From the NCBI GenBank assembly GCA_020632335.1, contig JACKFV010000001.1, positions 540,001-572,000 of the forward strand: 32,000 nt of DNA, written 5' to 3'. This DNA is from Candidatus Saccharimonadota bacterium. Lineage in GTDB: Bacteria > Patescibacteriota > Gracilibacteria > UBA4473. Shown one piece after another: positions 1-10,600 of this stretch. Every line of letters begins with the position of its first letter. The stretch's first letter is position 1. Both the position numbers and the translations under genes were made by a program. A model generated the notes under the pieces. That model saw only the letters and a program-made list of their open reading frames with translations, was not told the origin of the DNA and ran no database searches.

Positions 1-2
1 CC

Positions 3-3000
3 CAGAATGGCTGGCAAGATGGCATCTGCTATAGCCTGACCAGCTACGCGGATAGCGTGGAGAGTGCCCTGGCAGTGAGCGACAGTAACCCCAGCACTGC
101 TGGGGCACAGCCCTTTGTGAGTACGCTGACCAGCGAGCCGGCGCCAAGCATCGTGAAGAGAGTGGCTGGTACCATCAGCCTGGATGGCGAGAACCACGTG
201 TACTTCTTGCCCCCGTATGGGCCACAGGTGACGTATAGCATCCAGATAAAAAATACCGGGGCCATCACGGGGCGAGAGGTGATCTTTGACTCGGTGATTA
301 CTGATGACCTGAGCGATATCTTCGCTCAGCTGGAGGGGAGCTGTGGGGTGAGTGCCGGCAGCGCTGCTACGCGCATCAGTGGCATCAGCAGCCCTGGGGT
401 ACTGAGTGGGAATAGCATTGTGTGGGACTTTACGGGGGATCACCTGGCGCCGTATGCCACGCGTACGGTGAACTTTATGGTGGACTACACCGGCTGTGAC
501 GCCGCCCCCGGGCTGGAGGTAGATAACACCGCTATGCTCGGCGGGGCTAATATGCTGCCCCTGCAAGATAGCGAGGCCGTGGTGATGGATATCCCGCTGA
601 CGCCCAGTGGGAGCTTTGCCAAAGGGGACGAAGTAGTAGGGGTAGAGATACGCGCGGGGCGAGACGACAACGTACAGCCGAATGACCTGACGACGTACGG
701 AGACACCGCCACGTACTTCCTGTATACGCAGAACCCCAGTACCGTGCGGCTAGACGACATCGTGATGCTGGATATGGTGCCCGAGGGGGAGACCTTCCAG
801 AGTGCTTCTCTGCCACCACTGGCCAACGGGACGGTGTGGTACTCGACCGATACGGGCGCTACAGACCCCGCCATACCACCAGCGTATGACTACACGCAGA
901 TGGCCACCGGTACCCCGCACATGGGGTGGAGCACTACCCTGCCCAGCCCGGCCAGTAGCGTGACGTGGGTGGCCTTCTATATACCGTGTTTGAACTCGCC
1001 CTTCTTCCCCGCGCCGAGTGGGGACGTCTGCGCGATGGCGCCTACCAGCGTCCGCGGGACGATCAAAAATACGGTCGATATTCCGGCGGACCTCTGTAGT
1101 GCCTATAGCATCTTGAATACCGGGAACTTTGCCATCTATGAGGCCAGCACGAGTGTAGTGAATGCGGACACCGACGTGAGCGCGCTGGCTAGCCCTATTA
1201 CCTATACCGATGACACCGAGCAAACCCACGTGACCCCCAGCGTGCCTACCTTCAGCATTAATAGTACTTTCACTGGGCCGTCTACGCTGCCCACCAGTAC
1301 CACGGGGGTGTATACCATTACGCTCAAGAATGACGGTACGGATACCTCTGTGGCTACCACGGTGACGCTGCATATTCCGCAGTTGTTGGTCAATGGAGCG
1401 ATGGAATACCCCTCGGTATTCAACGTAACGGGAGGCACAGCCAACCTCAGCCAGCTGCCTATAGATGGCACGGTGACGGTGACGGTAGGGCCTATCCCTG
1501 CCGGAGCGACCAAGACGGTGCAGTTCAGTGTGCTGGTGCCAGAGGGTATCTTGGTCGGGACTACCCTGAACCTTTCTGCGCAGGTGAGCGCCACGGATAA
1601 TAACGCTTGTACGGTGAATCCGCATACGCTCACGCGCAGTACAGCCCTCACGGCGCTACCAGAGCTCAACGTCTATAAGACGCGGGATGAGGCGCTGATC
1701 GGCTCAGGGGATAGTATCCACTATGACATAGAGCTCTTGAATGTGGGTACGGCCTCCAGCACGCAGACGGTGGTGGTAGACCGCATACCGCAGTACACGG
1801 TGTTTGAGACGGCTTACACCACAGGTACCAATGCAAACGGTACCACCTACACTTGTAGTGGCTGTGATGTCTTCTTTAGCGATGGGAGTACCTTGCCGGT
1901 AGGCTTTGGTACGCCGATAAACCCCATCACTCCTGCGCAGGTGGTGTCGCTCTTTACCCCGGGGGTAGAGACTTCCCCGGGTGTGTGGGGGAGCCCCTTT
2001 GGCCAGCAGACGCGCTACGTAGCGTGGATGATGGACACGCCCTATGGCACGGGGGATATCTTCCCCGTGGGGGCGGCTACCACTGTGGGGCTGAGTGTGC
2101 GCAACGACCATGATGGCCCAGGGCCGCTGACTGCCGGGTCTGCGCCCGGGACGGTGATCTACAATAATCCCTTAACGGCGAGTACAGAGCTGCTGCAGGC
2201 CATTGGGAATCAGGTCAATACGACGATCCTCCCCGACCCTGGCCTGGCCATGCAGAAGCAGGCCAATACCGAGAATATCAACGCCGGGGGGAGCTTTGCC
2301 TGGACGATTACCTTCCTCAACGACTCCGCTACGCCCAACACCGCCACGACCATCAGCGATACCATGCCCTATGGGGTGACGGTCACCGGTATGGACTTTA
2401 TCTGGAATACTGCAGCGGTGGCTAATGGCATGAGCCCGAGCCCCATAGACCTGCTGACCAGCCCCTTCGTGACGCTGACGCCGAATACCGACGGTACGCT
2501 GGAGATAGCCATAGATGTCTCTCAGGGGCTGCGAGGGGGCGACCTGCTGAACCAAGAGGGTGGTACCATCACCATCAGCGTGACGGTAGACCCCAGTACT
2601 CCCACACTGACAATGCTGACCAATAACGCCGTGGGGTGCTATGAGAACGCCAGCGCCTCGTACTGTATAGACGACAGCGACACCGTGACGGTGCGTAATC
2701 CAGACCTCTTCCTCCGCAAGCAGGTAGACAGAGAAGACCCCATCAGCGGTGAGGGCATAGAGTACACCCTGCTGCTGAGCAATGAGGGGCTGTGGGAAGC
2801 GCCTGGTGTGGTAGTGCAAGATACGCTGCCAGCGGGGGTGTGTTATACCTCTGGTACTACGGCGGTGACCTACCCTGCTGGTGCCAGCCTGGGTGAGCCC
2901 GATGCGATCTATCAGGGTGATGGGGTGACGCCTGCGTCTGCTACAGACTGTGAGACGATGGATACCATCCTTGTATGGGAGACAAGCCTGCAGTACCCCG

Positions 3001-4655
3001 GCGAGGTGCCAAACACGCTGCCGGCCAATAGCCAGGATATGTTCATCACTTATGACTCCGTGGTGCAGCCGAGTGTGCCGGCGGGTACGCTGCTGACGAA
3101 CAGTGCGAGGGTAAGCACCAGCATAGCCGAGGATGAGACGTACCCGAATACCGCCTCAGCTGCGGTGCGGCCTCCGCTACCAGACCCTTATGTAGTGAAG
3201 TCTGGGCCCCTCACAACGACCGGAGGGGATAGCTATACGTATAGCATCCAGTACGGGAATAGCAGCCGTCAGCCTGGGCACGACGCCTGGGTGATGGATA
3301 CGCTGCCGGGGTATAACGGGCAGCCGGGGAGCGTCGCGGTGGAGTTTGTGAGTGCCTCTGCGCCACAGAATGAGACGCTCTACTATTACGACCAGGTGAC
3401 CCTCGGGGTAGCCCCCCTGACGCCCGCACCGGGAGTAGCGCCGAATCCATTCTTCAGCGCTGACCCTGGGTGGACGACCAGCCCTGGGGCCTACACCACG
3501 CATATTGTGTGGGTGCCCACGGGGGCTCTTCTCCCCAGTCTCTATGGCCCGGCAACGGTACAGGTGACGGTCAACGCCGTGGACCCCATTACCGGTGTGC
3601 CCTATGGGGGGAGCCAACTCTTTACTAATGAGGCCATGGTACAGACAGACAACGAGGACCCCAACGGCCAAGACGATGACGTGAGCACCCACACCGTGAA
3701 GACCCCAGGTTATGACCTCTTTATCGAGAAAGTGGGGAGTAGTGAGGGCATCTACCCCGGGCTGACCCCGGGTGCGGACCTCACCTATACCATTACCTAT
3801 GGGAATAGCGGTACTGAGCGCATCTGCGCGGTGAAGATCACCGAGGCCTTCCCGAGCCAGTTTGTGCTGGGGAGCCCGGAGAGCGACTTCACGCTGGTGA
3901 GTCTGGATGCGGGCGCGCTCCCCACAGACCTCAGCGGCACGCCTATCTTGAGCCCCGTACCGGTGAGTTTTTCCGCTGGTACCTGGTACCTGGGTGGCAG
4001 CACGGGCTATAGTAATGTGTGTCTGGAGCCGGGCTCTATGGGGAGTTTTCAGATCTTTGGTACGGTGGACCCTGCTACGCCAGACTACAGTGTGTCTGAG
4101 GAGCTGATCCTCAATAGCATCAGTATCACGCATGATGACCCGAGCGTAGGGCCCGAGGACGTGACGGAGAATAATACCGCCAGCAGTAGCACGGTGGCCT
4201 ACCGGGCGGATGTCCTCACCACCAAGACGGGGACCACCTGCGATACCGCGACTGACGACTGCGCTGTGCCAGAGGCCAGCTATGACGCGGGGCTCTACAC
4301 CGAGCTGGGCGAATACCTGCAGTACACGGTGACCTACAACAATGCGGGGAATACCGACGCTGAGGACGTGATTATCACGGATCCTATCCCAGCGGGGAGT
4401 TGCTATGTGGTGGGGAGTCTGGAAGCGGATCAGCCCGTGGGGACGGTACTGGAGTATAGCGCGGATGATATGCTCAGCTGGAGCTACACGCCCGTAGCGG
4501 ATGCCAATGGGGCGGACTGTAGCGTGACGCACTTCCGGCTGCGGTTCTTGGCTCCACTGACAGTACCGGCGACGTATGACGGGGAGGATACCTATGTGGA
4601 CTTCACGACGCAGGGGCACTATGCGGTGTATGAGGATACCTTCCCGATACACTAG
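3..4655 (+). CDS. Giant repeat-rich surface protein, 5'-truncated by the window edge (DUF11 / conserved-repeat-domain array)
   Basis: The frame is open from nt 3, with no stop upstream of the GTG at 57 used by the ORF track, so the gene begins left of the window. It ends at TAG 4653-4655. It has about nine DUF11-type signatures (x-Y-T-[IL]-x-[VY]-x-N-x-G-x(5-8)-[VI]-x-[VI]-x-D-x-[LI]-P), for example LTYTITYGNSGTERICAVKITEAFP, LQYTVTYNNAGNTDAEDVIITDPIPAGSCYV and IEYTLLLSNEGLWEAPGVVVQDTLPAGVCY. Its composition is Thr/Gly/Val/Asp-rich and extracellular in type. The overlapping antisense ORFs are Arg/His/Gly-rich junk. Confidence 0.9.
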   Translation, partial: QNGWQDGICYSLTSYADSVESALAVSDSNPSTAGAQPFVSTLTSEPAPSIVKRVAGTISLDGENHVYFLPPYGPQVTYSIQIKNTGAITGREVIFDSVITDDLSDIFAQLEGSCGVSAGSAATRISGISSPGVLSGNSIVWDFTGDHLAPYATRTVNFMVDYTGCDAAPGLEVDNTAMLGGANMLPLQDSEAVVMDIPLTPSGSFAKGDEVVGVEIRAGRDDNVQPNDLTTYGDTATYFLYTQNPSTVRLDDIVMLDMVPEGETFQSASLPPLANGTVWYSTDTGATDPAIPPAYDYTQMATGTPHMGWSTTLPSPASSVTWVAFYIPCLNSPFFPAPSGDVCAMAPTSVRGTIKNTVDIPADLCSAYSILNTGNFAIYEASTSVVNADTDVSALASPITYTDDTEQTHVTPSVPTFSINSTFTGPSTLPTSTTGVYTITLKNDGTDTSVATTVTLHIPQLLVNGAMEYPSVFNVTGGTANLSQLPIDGTVTVTVGPIPAGATKTVQFSVLVPEGILVGTTLNLSAQVSATDNNACTVNPHTLTRSTALTALPELNVYKTRDEALIGSGDSIHYDIELLNVGTASSTQTVVVDRIPQYTVFETAYTTGTNANGTTYTCSGCDVFFSDGSTLPVGFGTPINPITPAQVVSLFTPGVETSPGVWGSPFGQQTRYVAWMMDTPYGTGDIFPVGAATTVGLSVRNDHDGPGPLTAGSAPGTVIYNNPLTASTELLQAIGNQVNTTILPDPGLAMQKQANTENINAGGSFAWTITFLNDSATPNTATTISDTMPYGVTVTGMDFIWNTAAVANGMSPSPIDLLTSPFVTLTPNTDGTLEIAIDVSQGLRGGDLLNQEGGTITISVTVDPSTPTLTMLTNNAVGCYENASASYCIDDSDTVTVRNPDLFLRKQVDREDPISGEGIEYTLLLSNEGLWEAPGVVVQDTLPAGVCYTSGTTAVTYPAGASLGEPDAIYQGDGVTPASATDCETMDTILVWETSLQYPGEVPNTLPANSQDMFITYDSVVQPSVPAGTLLTNSARVSTSIAEDETYPNTASAAVRPPLPDPYVVKSGPLTTTGGDSYTYSIQYGNSSRQPGHDAWVMDTLPGYNGQPGSVAVEFVSASAPQNETLYYYDQVTLGVAPLTPAPGVAPNPFFSADPGWTTSPGAYTTHIVWVPTGALLPSLYGPATVQVTVNAVDPITGVPYGGSQLFTNEAMVQTDNEDPNGQDDDVSTHTVKTPGYDLFIEKVGSSEGIYPGLTPGADLTYTITYGNSGTERICAVKITEAFPSQFVLGSPESDFTLVSLDAGALPTDLSGTPILSPVPVSFSAGTWYLGGSTGYSNVCLEPGSMGSFQIFGTVDPATPDYSVSEELILNSISITHDDPSVGPEDVTENNTASSSTVAYRADVLTTKTGTTCDTATDDCAVPEASYDAGLYTELGEYLQYTVTYNNAGNTDAEDVIITDPIPAGSCYVVGSLEADQPVGTVLEYSADDMLSWSYTPVADANGADCSVTHFRLRFLAPLTVPATYDGEDTYVDFTTQGHYAVYEDTFPIH

Positions 4656-4667
4656 TATAAAGACGGG

Positions 4668-7600
4668 GTGATTCTCGAGATGGTCTCTGCTACCGAGCCG
4701 CCTGCCGGAGCCGTGCCGATTACCACCTGTACTGAGCTGCAGGCTATGCAGGCTGGGGTAGAGATAGACTATTACCTGGCCAATGATATCGACTGTAATG
4801 GGGTGAATTTTGTCCCCATTGGGGATGGGACGGGCTTTGCGCAGTTTCCTCCGGACTTTGATACGGCCTTTGTGGGGCGGTTCTTTGGGAATGGCTATCG
4901 GATCTCAAACCTGAGTATTAACATTAATAAGCGAGATTTCCTGGGGCTCTTCGGTGCGGTGTATGACGGGGACCTGCACGATGTTATCTTGGTGGATGTG
5001 AACGTCAGCGGTGATGGCTCGCATATAGGGTCGCTGGTGGGGTACCAGCTGGGAGGGGTGATTACTCGCTCTGGTGCCTGGGGTACGGTGAAAACCAGCG
5101 GTGTGGGAGAAAACATTGGGGGTCTGGTAGGGGTGAATATGAATGGGATGATCAAGAATAGCTACAGCCAGATGCAGGTAGATGCTCCAGAGGCTTGGAA
5201 TGTAGGGGGGCTGGCGGGGCAGGTGAATGGCCGGGTACAGCGCAGCTACTGGGAAGGGTACCAGGTAATAGGGGACTGGAACACCGGGGGGCTCATCGGG
5301 CAGAGCCACGTAGATGCAGTAGTGGATGAAACGAATACCGTGAGTGTGTACGGGATAGAAGACGTGTATGCTCGTGGGGAGGTACAGTGTAATGGCACCT
5401 ACTGTGGGGGGCTCATCGGGGAGCATATGGGCTCTCTGGTGCGGGCGTACTTTGACGGTGTGGTGGTAGGGAAGTTCTGGGTAGGGGGGCTCATTGGAGC
5501 TACCGGGATCAGCTATGACCCGAGTGCCCCGCACGAGACGCTGGTACAAGATGTCTTTGCGGTGGGCAAATTTGTGGATAGTAGTGGAGCCCCTGGGGGC
5601 ATCGTGGGGCTGAAAACCTTTGGGACGGATATCATCACCCATGCACGGTGGTATGACGCATCTGGCACGGCGGTCAGCTGTGCGGCAGGAGGGTCTACGG
5701 GCGCTGGCATCACGGACTGTAGCGTTGAGGTATCAGAGACATTCTGTCAGGACTTCAACAATGACCCCATCAACAGCTGGGATAGCACGGCGGTGTGGGA
5801 GACAAACCCCGATGGCTGCCCTTCGCTTCGTTGGCCAAACACTAGCATACTGGCGCCCTATGGTACTTATGAGACCCTTATAGAAAGTACGGGGAACCTG
5901 GTAGCATGGGATAATCTGCTCATTGTGGATGTGCTGAATGACGGCTATATGGAGCACGAAGTAGGCCGCTGGGACGGCACCGCGTGCGTGTATGACCTGG
6001 GCATAGGCCCCGCACCTGCGGGCACGGATGGCACGGGCCTGTGGGACGCCAGCGGCATAGACCAGAGCTATACAACGCTGTGTTTCTTGAGCCATTTATA
6101 TGCTGAGGAACCCGGTACTGCAGGCGGTAGCACTGGCAGCCCGTCAGACCATACCTCGAGCATTACCCCGGGGCTAGATGCCTGGATAATGAGCTATGTG
6201 ACGGACGTCGTGCCCGACTTTACCTTTGCGGTATGGGTGGCGGACCCTGGCAGCGTGACTACCATCGACAATACCGTATGTATAGAGACCAGCACACCCG
6301 AAACCACTGAGGACAATAACTGTAGTGATGAGCAGCATATTATTCGTTTGGCAGCCATCCGGACGGAGAAACAGGTAGACCTGACCGCTGCAGATGCGGG
6401 AGATACCCTCACCTACACAATAGCAGTCTGTAATGATGGCCCGTATGATGCTGAGGACATCGTGGTAGAGGACGCGTTGCCGGATAACGTGGCGTTTATC
6501 AGCAGTAGCCCTGCAGAAGCAACGCCTGGGGTAGCCCTCTGGAATGTGGGGACACTGGGGGTAGGTATGTGCGGGACGATCACCGTGACGGCGGCTATAG
6601 ACGCTGCTCCGCCAGTGCAGGCGGGGGACGCGCTGATGAACCAGGCCTGCGCCACCACCAGCACCGGGCAGCTGGACACCACAGACGACTGCGATAGCGT
6701 GACCACGCTGATAGCGCAGCTGGCCAATGTGTGGATAGAGAAGGATGGGATCCTGCCTACGGCCAGCATTGCGCAGCCCTACTACTACACCCTGACCTAT
6801 GGTAATAACGGGAATACCGACGCTGATGACGCGGTGATCCTCGACATGCTGGACAGCAACGTGAGCTTTGTGAGTGTGACGCCTGCGAGCACGAGCCCCA
6901 GTGGCCTTACGCCCAGCTGTGTGCATGATGGCTCTCCTACAGGGGGGCAGATCACCTGTACCTTCAGCGGGACGGCGAGCCTGTGTGACAGCACTAATAA
7001 CGACGCCTGCCTGCCCGATGGTGAGACCGGTACCATCGCCATAGAGGTGCTGGTGGCTGATGACACTGCGCTGATCAATAACCCGGCAGATCCAGCGCAG
7101 CCTATCCGCCTCTATAACACGGTGGAGATCAGCACTGTGACGCCTGAGGTGGACACGAATGATAACACTGACACCCATGACGTGCCCGTGGTGCTGAGCG
7201 CGCTGAGCGGCATTGAGGGGCAGGTATTTGTAGACCATAACGGCGATGTAGTGCTGGCCTTTGGGGATGATAGCCCCATTGAGGATGTGCTGGTGTACGT
7301 GTATGGGCAGGACATCTGGGGCAATATCTATGCGCCAGATCCGCTAGCATACCCGGCCTACTATGACGCCGCTATGGCGGCTATGGGGCTGCCGTATGTG
7401 AGCAGCAACCCGGCTCCGAGCAACTTCTATGCCCTGGCGCCAGACACCACAGACGGTAACGGAGAGTACAGCTTCACTGGTATGTTCCCCGGTACCTACA
7501 GCGTACAAGAGGTGCAGCCGCTGGGGTACAACTCTACGGGGTCTCGGGGAGGGGTGAATCTGGGTGCTGGTAATGACGGTACGGGTACGGTGCAGGGGGG

Positions 7601-10600
7601 CAGTGATACCGATCTCATTACGGCTATTACTCTGAGTGAAGGCGTGGTGAGCCTGGGTAATGACTTTGGGGAGGGTCTCGGGAGCCTTGGGGATCAGCTC
7701 TGGTTTGATATTGATGCCGATGGTATCTATGCCCCCAGCGCGGGTGACCTGGGGCTGAATGGCGTGACGGTGTCGCTCTATGATAGTCTGGGGACGCTCC
7801 TGGCCACTACGGTCACGGGGAGCAGCCCTCTCACGGGCACTCCGGGGTGGTATACCTTCACGGACCTGCTGCTGGATGACGGCAGTGGCACCAGGGACTA
7901 CACCGTGGTAGTGACGGACACCGCGGGTATCCTTGCCGGGATGAGCTCTACGCACACCGTGCATGGGGGCCCCACCACGGCCAATGGGACGACGGACAAC
8001 GAAGCACGTGACCCTGCGGGCTATACCCTGACGCTTAGCCCCAGTGTGACCGAACACCTCTTTGCCGACTTTGGCTATACGGGGCCGGTGGGGTTCCTGG
8101 GCGATACGGTCTTCTATGACGCTAACCAGAACGGTATCTGGGAGGATACCATCGACACCCCTCTGGCGAATATAGAGATCAGCCTCTACCGAGACAGCAA
8201 TGGGAATGGCGTGTATGACGTGCTGAGTGACACTCTGGTGGCCACCCAGCTGACGGACGCGAGCGGCTACTACCAGTTCCAGAGCCTGCTCTATGATGAC
8301 TACCTGGTGGTGGTGACAGACGGCCTGAGTGGCCTGAGTGGCGCGTGGAGCTCGACCCACGGCGCTGCAGGAGAGAACCCCACCACGAGCGTGGTGACGA
8401 ATACCGATGACCATGCACGAGATCCACAGGGTTACGCTATTACTCTGGACGCCCTGCACAGCAGTGACCAGACGGCGGACTTTGGCTACTGGGGGCCGGT
8501 GGGGAGCATTGGGGATCAGGTATTCTATGACACTGATGGCGATGGCCTCTACAATAATGATGACACCGGCGTGCCGGGCGTGACCCTGGCGCTGTATAGT
8601 GACCAGAATGGTAATGGCGTGGTAGACAGTGGTGACCTGCTGGTGAGTACCACCGTGACGGATAGCACGGGGCTGTATAGCTTTACGAATCTCTCGGTGG
8701 ATGCGGGGGCTGGTAGTGCGGCGTACATTGTGGTGGTGACGGACGACGACGCCGTGCTGCTGGGCTATAGCAGTACCGACGGAGTGAGCACTACGCCAGC
8801 TGATGGCGACGCCAAGGACCCAGCAGGGTATAGCGTGACGCTGACCCCAAGCGTGCCGGACGTGACGCTGGTGGACTTTGGGTACCAGGGGGGGAGCATT
8901 GGGGATACGCTCTTCTTCGACGCTAATGGGAATGGGGTCTATGATGCGGGCGACACCGCTGTGCCGGCGGGGGTAGAGGTGACGCTCTATGACGAGACGG
9001 GGGCGGTCTTTGCTACCACATTTACCGACGGTACCGGGGCGTATAGCTTCCCGAATCTTCCGCTGGACGACGGCGATGGCGCCACCACCTGGACGGTAGT
9101 GGTGACCGATAGCGCGGGTATCCTCGACGGTTACCCCAGTACGGACGGAGTGAGTAGCACGCCTGATGACGGTGATGCCAAGCCCCCCACGGGCTACATC
9201 GTGACGCTGGATGGCACCACACCGATGACCACTGACCACACCGCGGCGGACTTTGGCTACCTCTACCAGGCAGATATCAGCGTGGAGAAAACCGTTGACA
9301 ACGCTACAGTGCTGCCGGGCGATACCCTGATCTGGACGATAACCGTGACGAATAACGGCCCCTCACCAGCCACGGGGGTGGTCCTCTATGACCCGCTGCC
9401 AGCAGGGGTTACCTATGTGAGTGATAGCAGTGGCGGCACGGCTGCCCCGGCTGTGGTAGTGGACTATAACCCCGTGACGGGGCTGTGGACGCTCCCTGCG
9501 GCGTTGCAGAATATCAATGATACCCTGAGCCTCAGCATTACCACCACCGTGGCGGCGGGCACAGAGGGGGACACGCTCCGTAACGTAGCCGCGTTGCAGA
9601 CCCTGGACCAGACCGACACCGACCCCACAAACAACAGCGACGACGCCGAGACGACCGTGCGCGGGGGGGAGATCGGCAGCTTGCTGTGGGTGGACTACAA
9701 CGGGAATGGTATACAAGACGACGGCCCGGTAACGGTGCCCGGTATAGCCGGAGTGACGGTAGAGCTGTGGTGGGATAGTAATGAGGACGGCACGGTAGAC
9801 ACCCTGTATGGGGTGCAGGTGACGGACGCTAGCGGGGCTTATCTCTTCACTGACTTGCCCGTGCTGCAGAGTGACCTCATCACCGGAGTGACGTATGAGG
9901 TGCGTGTAGAGGGAACCAGCCTGGCAGCTGCCGGGTGGGCGATGAGCGACAGCACGCATGGCGCAAGCCCAGACCCCAGCCCCAGCAACGCGAGTGACGA
10001 CGAGCATGACAACGCCGCGCATGACCCGGTAGCCACTACGGTGGTCCTCCACCCGAGTGATGTGAGTGAGACTGATGCGGACTTTGGGTTTGTGAGTGCC
10101 TCTGCACTGGCGGCGCTGAGCGGGTATGTCTTTGAGGACCTCTCGCAGGATACCTTCTTTGACGGTACCGAGAGTGGTATAGACGACGTAGAAGTGGTGC
10201 TCTTTGGAGTAGATCTCTACGGGAATTACTACGGGCCTGATCCTTCTCATCCGCTGTATGACGGGGTGATCCTCTACCTGGGGCTGAACCCCCTGCAGTA
10301 CAACAGTGCTAGCGGACTGACCCCCGCAGAGTACTTCATCATCGACCCCGCACTGACGGGCCCCCATGGTGCAACGCCGGGCTACACTACAGACCCCAGC
10401 TGGGCCCAGGGTTACTATGGCTGGGACGGCCTGGTGCCCGGGATGTATAGCGTGTGGGAGTACCACCCTGCGGCGGAGTCTGACCCCAGCTATAGCGTGC
10501 TGGACGCCTACACCTCCACGGGGTCTCATGCCGGGAGTGCCCTGGGGACGCCTGATGACGGGGAGGGATCGTACGAGAATAACCCGGCTGATCCGAGCAA

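Noticed and set aside
4653-4655. Genome-wide reassignment of TAG as a sense codon, as an explanation for the in-frame TAG between the giant ORFs
   Set aside because: TAG terminates rplR, rplO, pheS, lspA and other genes in this window at their expected conserved C-termini. TAG is therefore a normal stop here, and only a site-specific event or a mutation remains possible.
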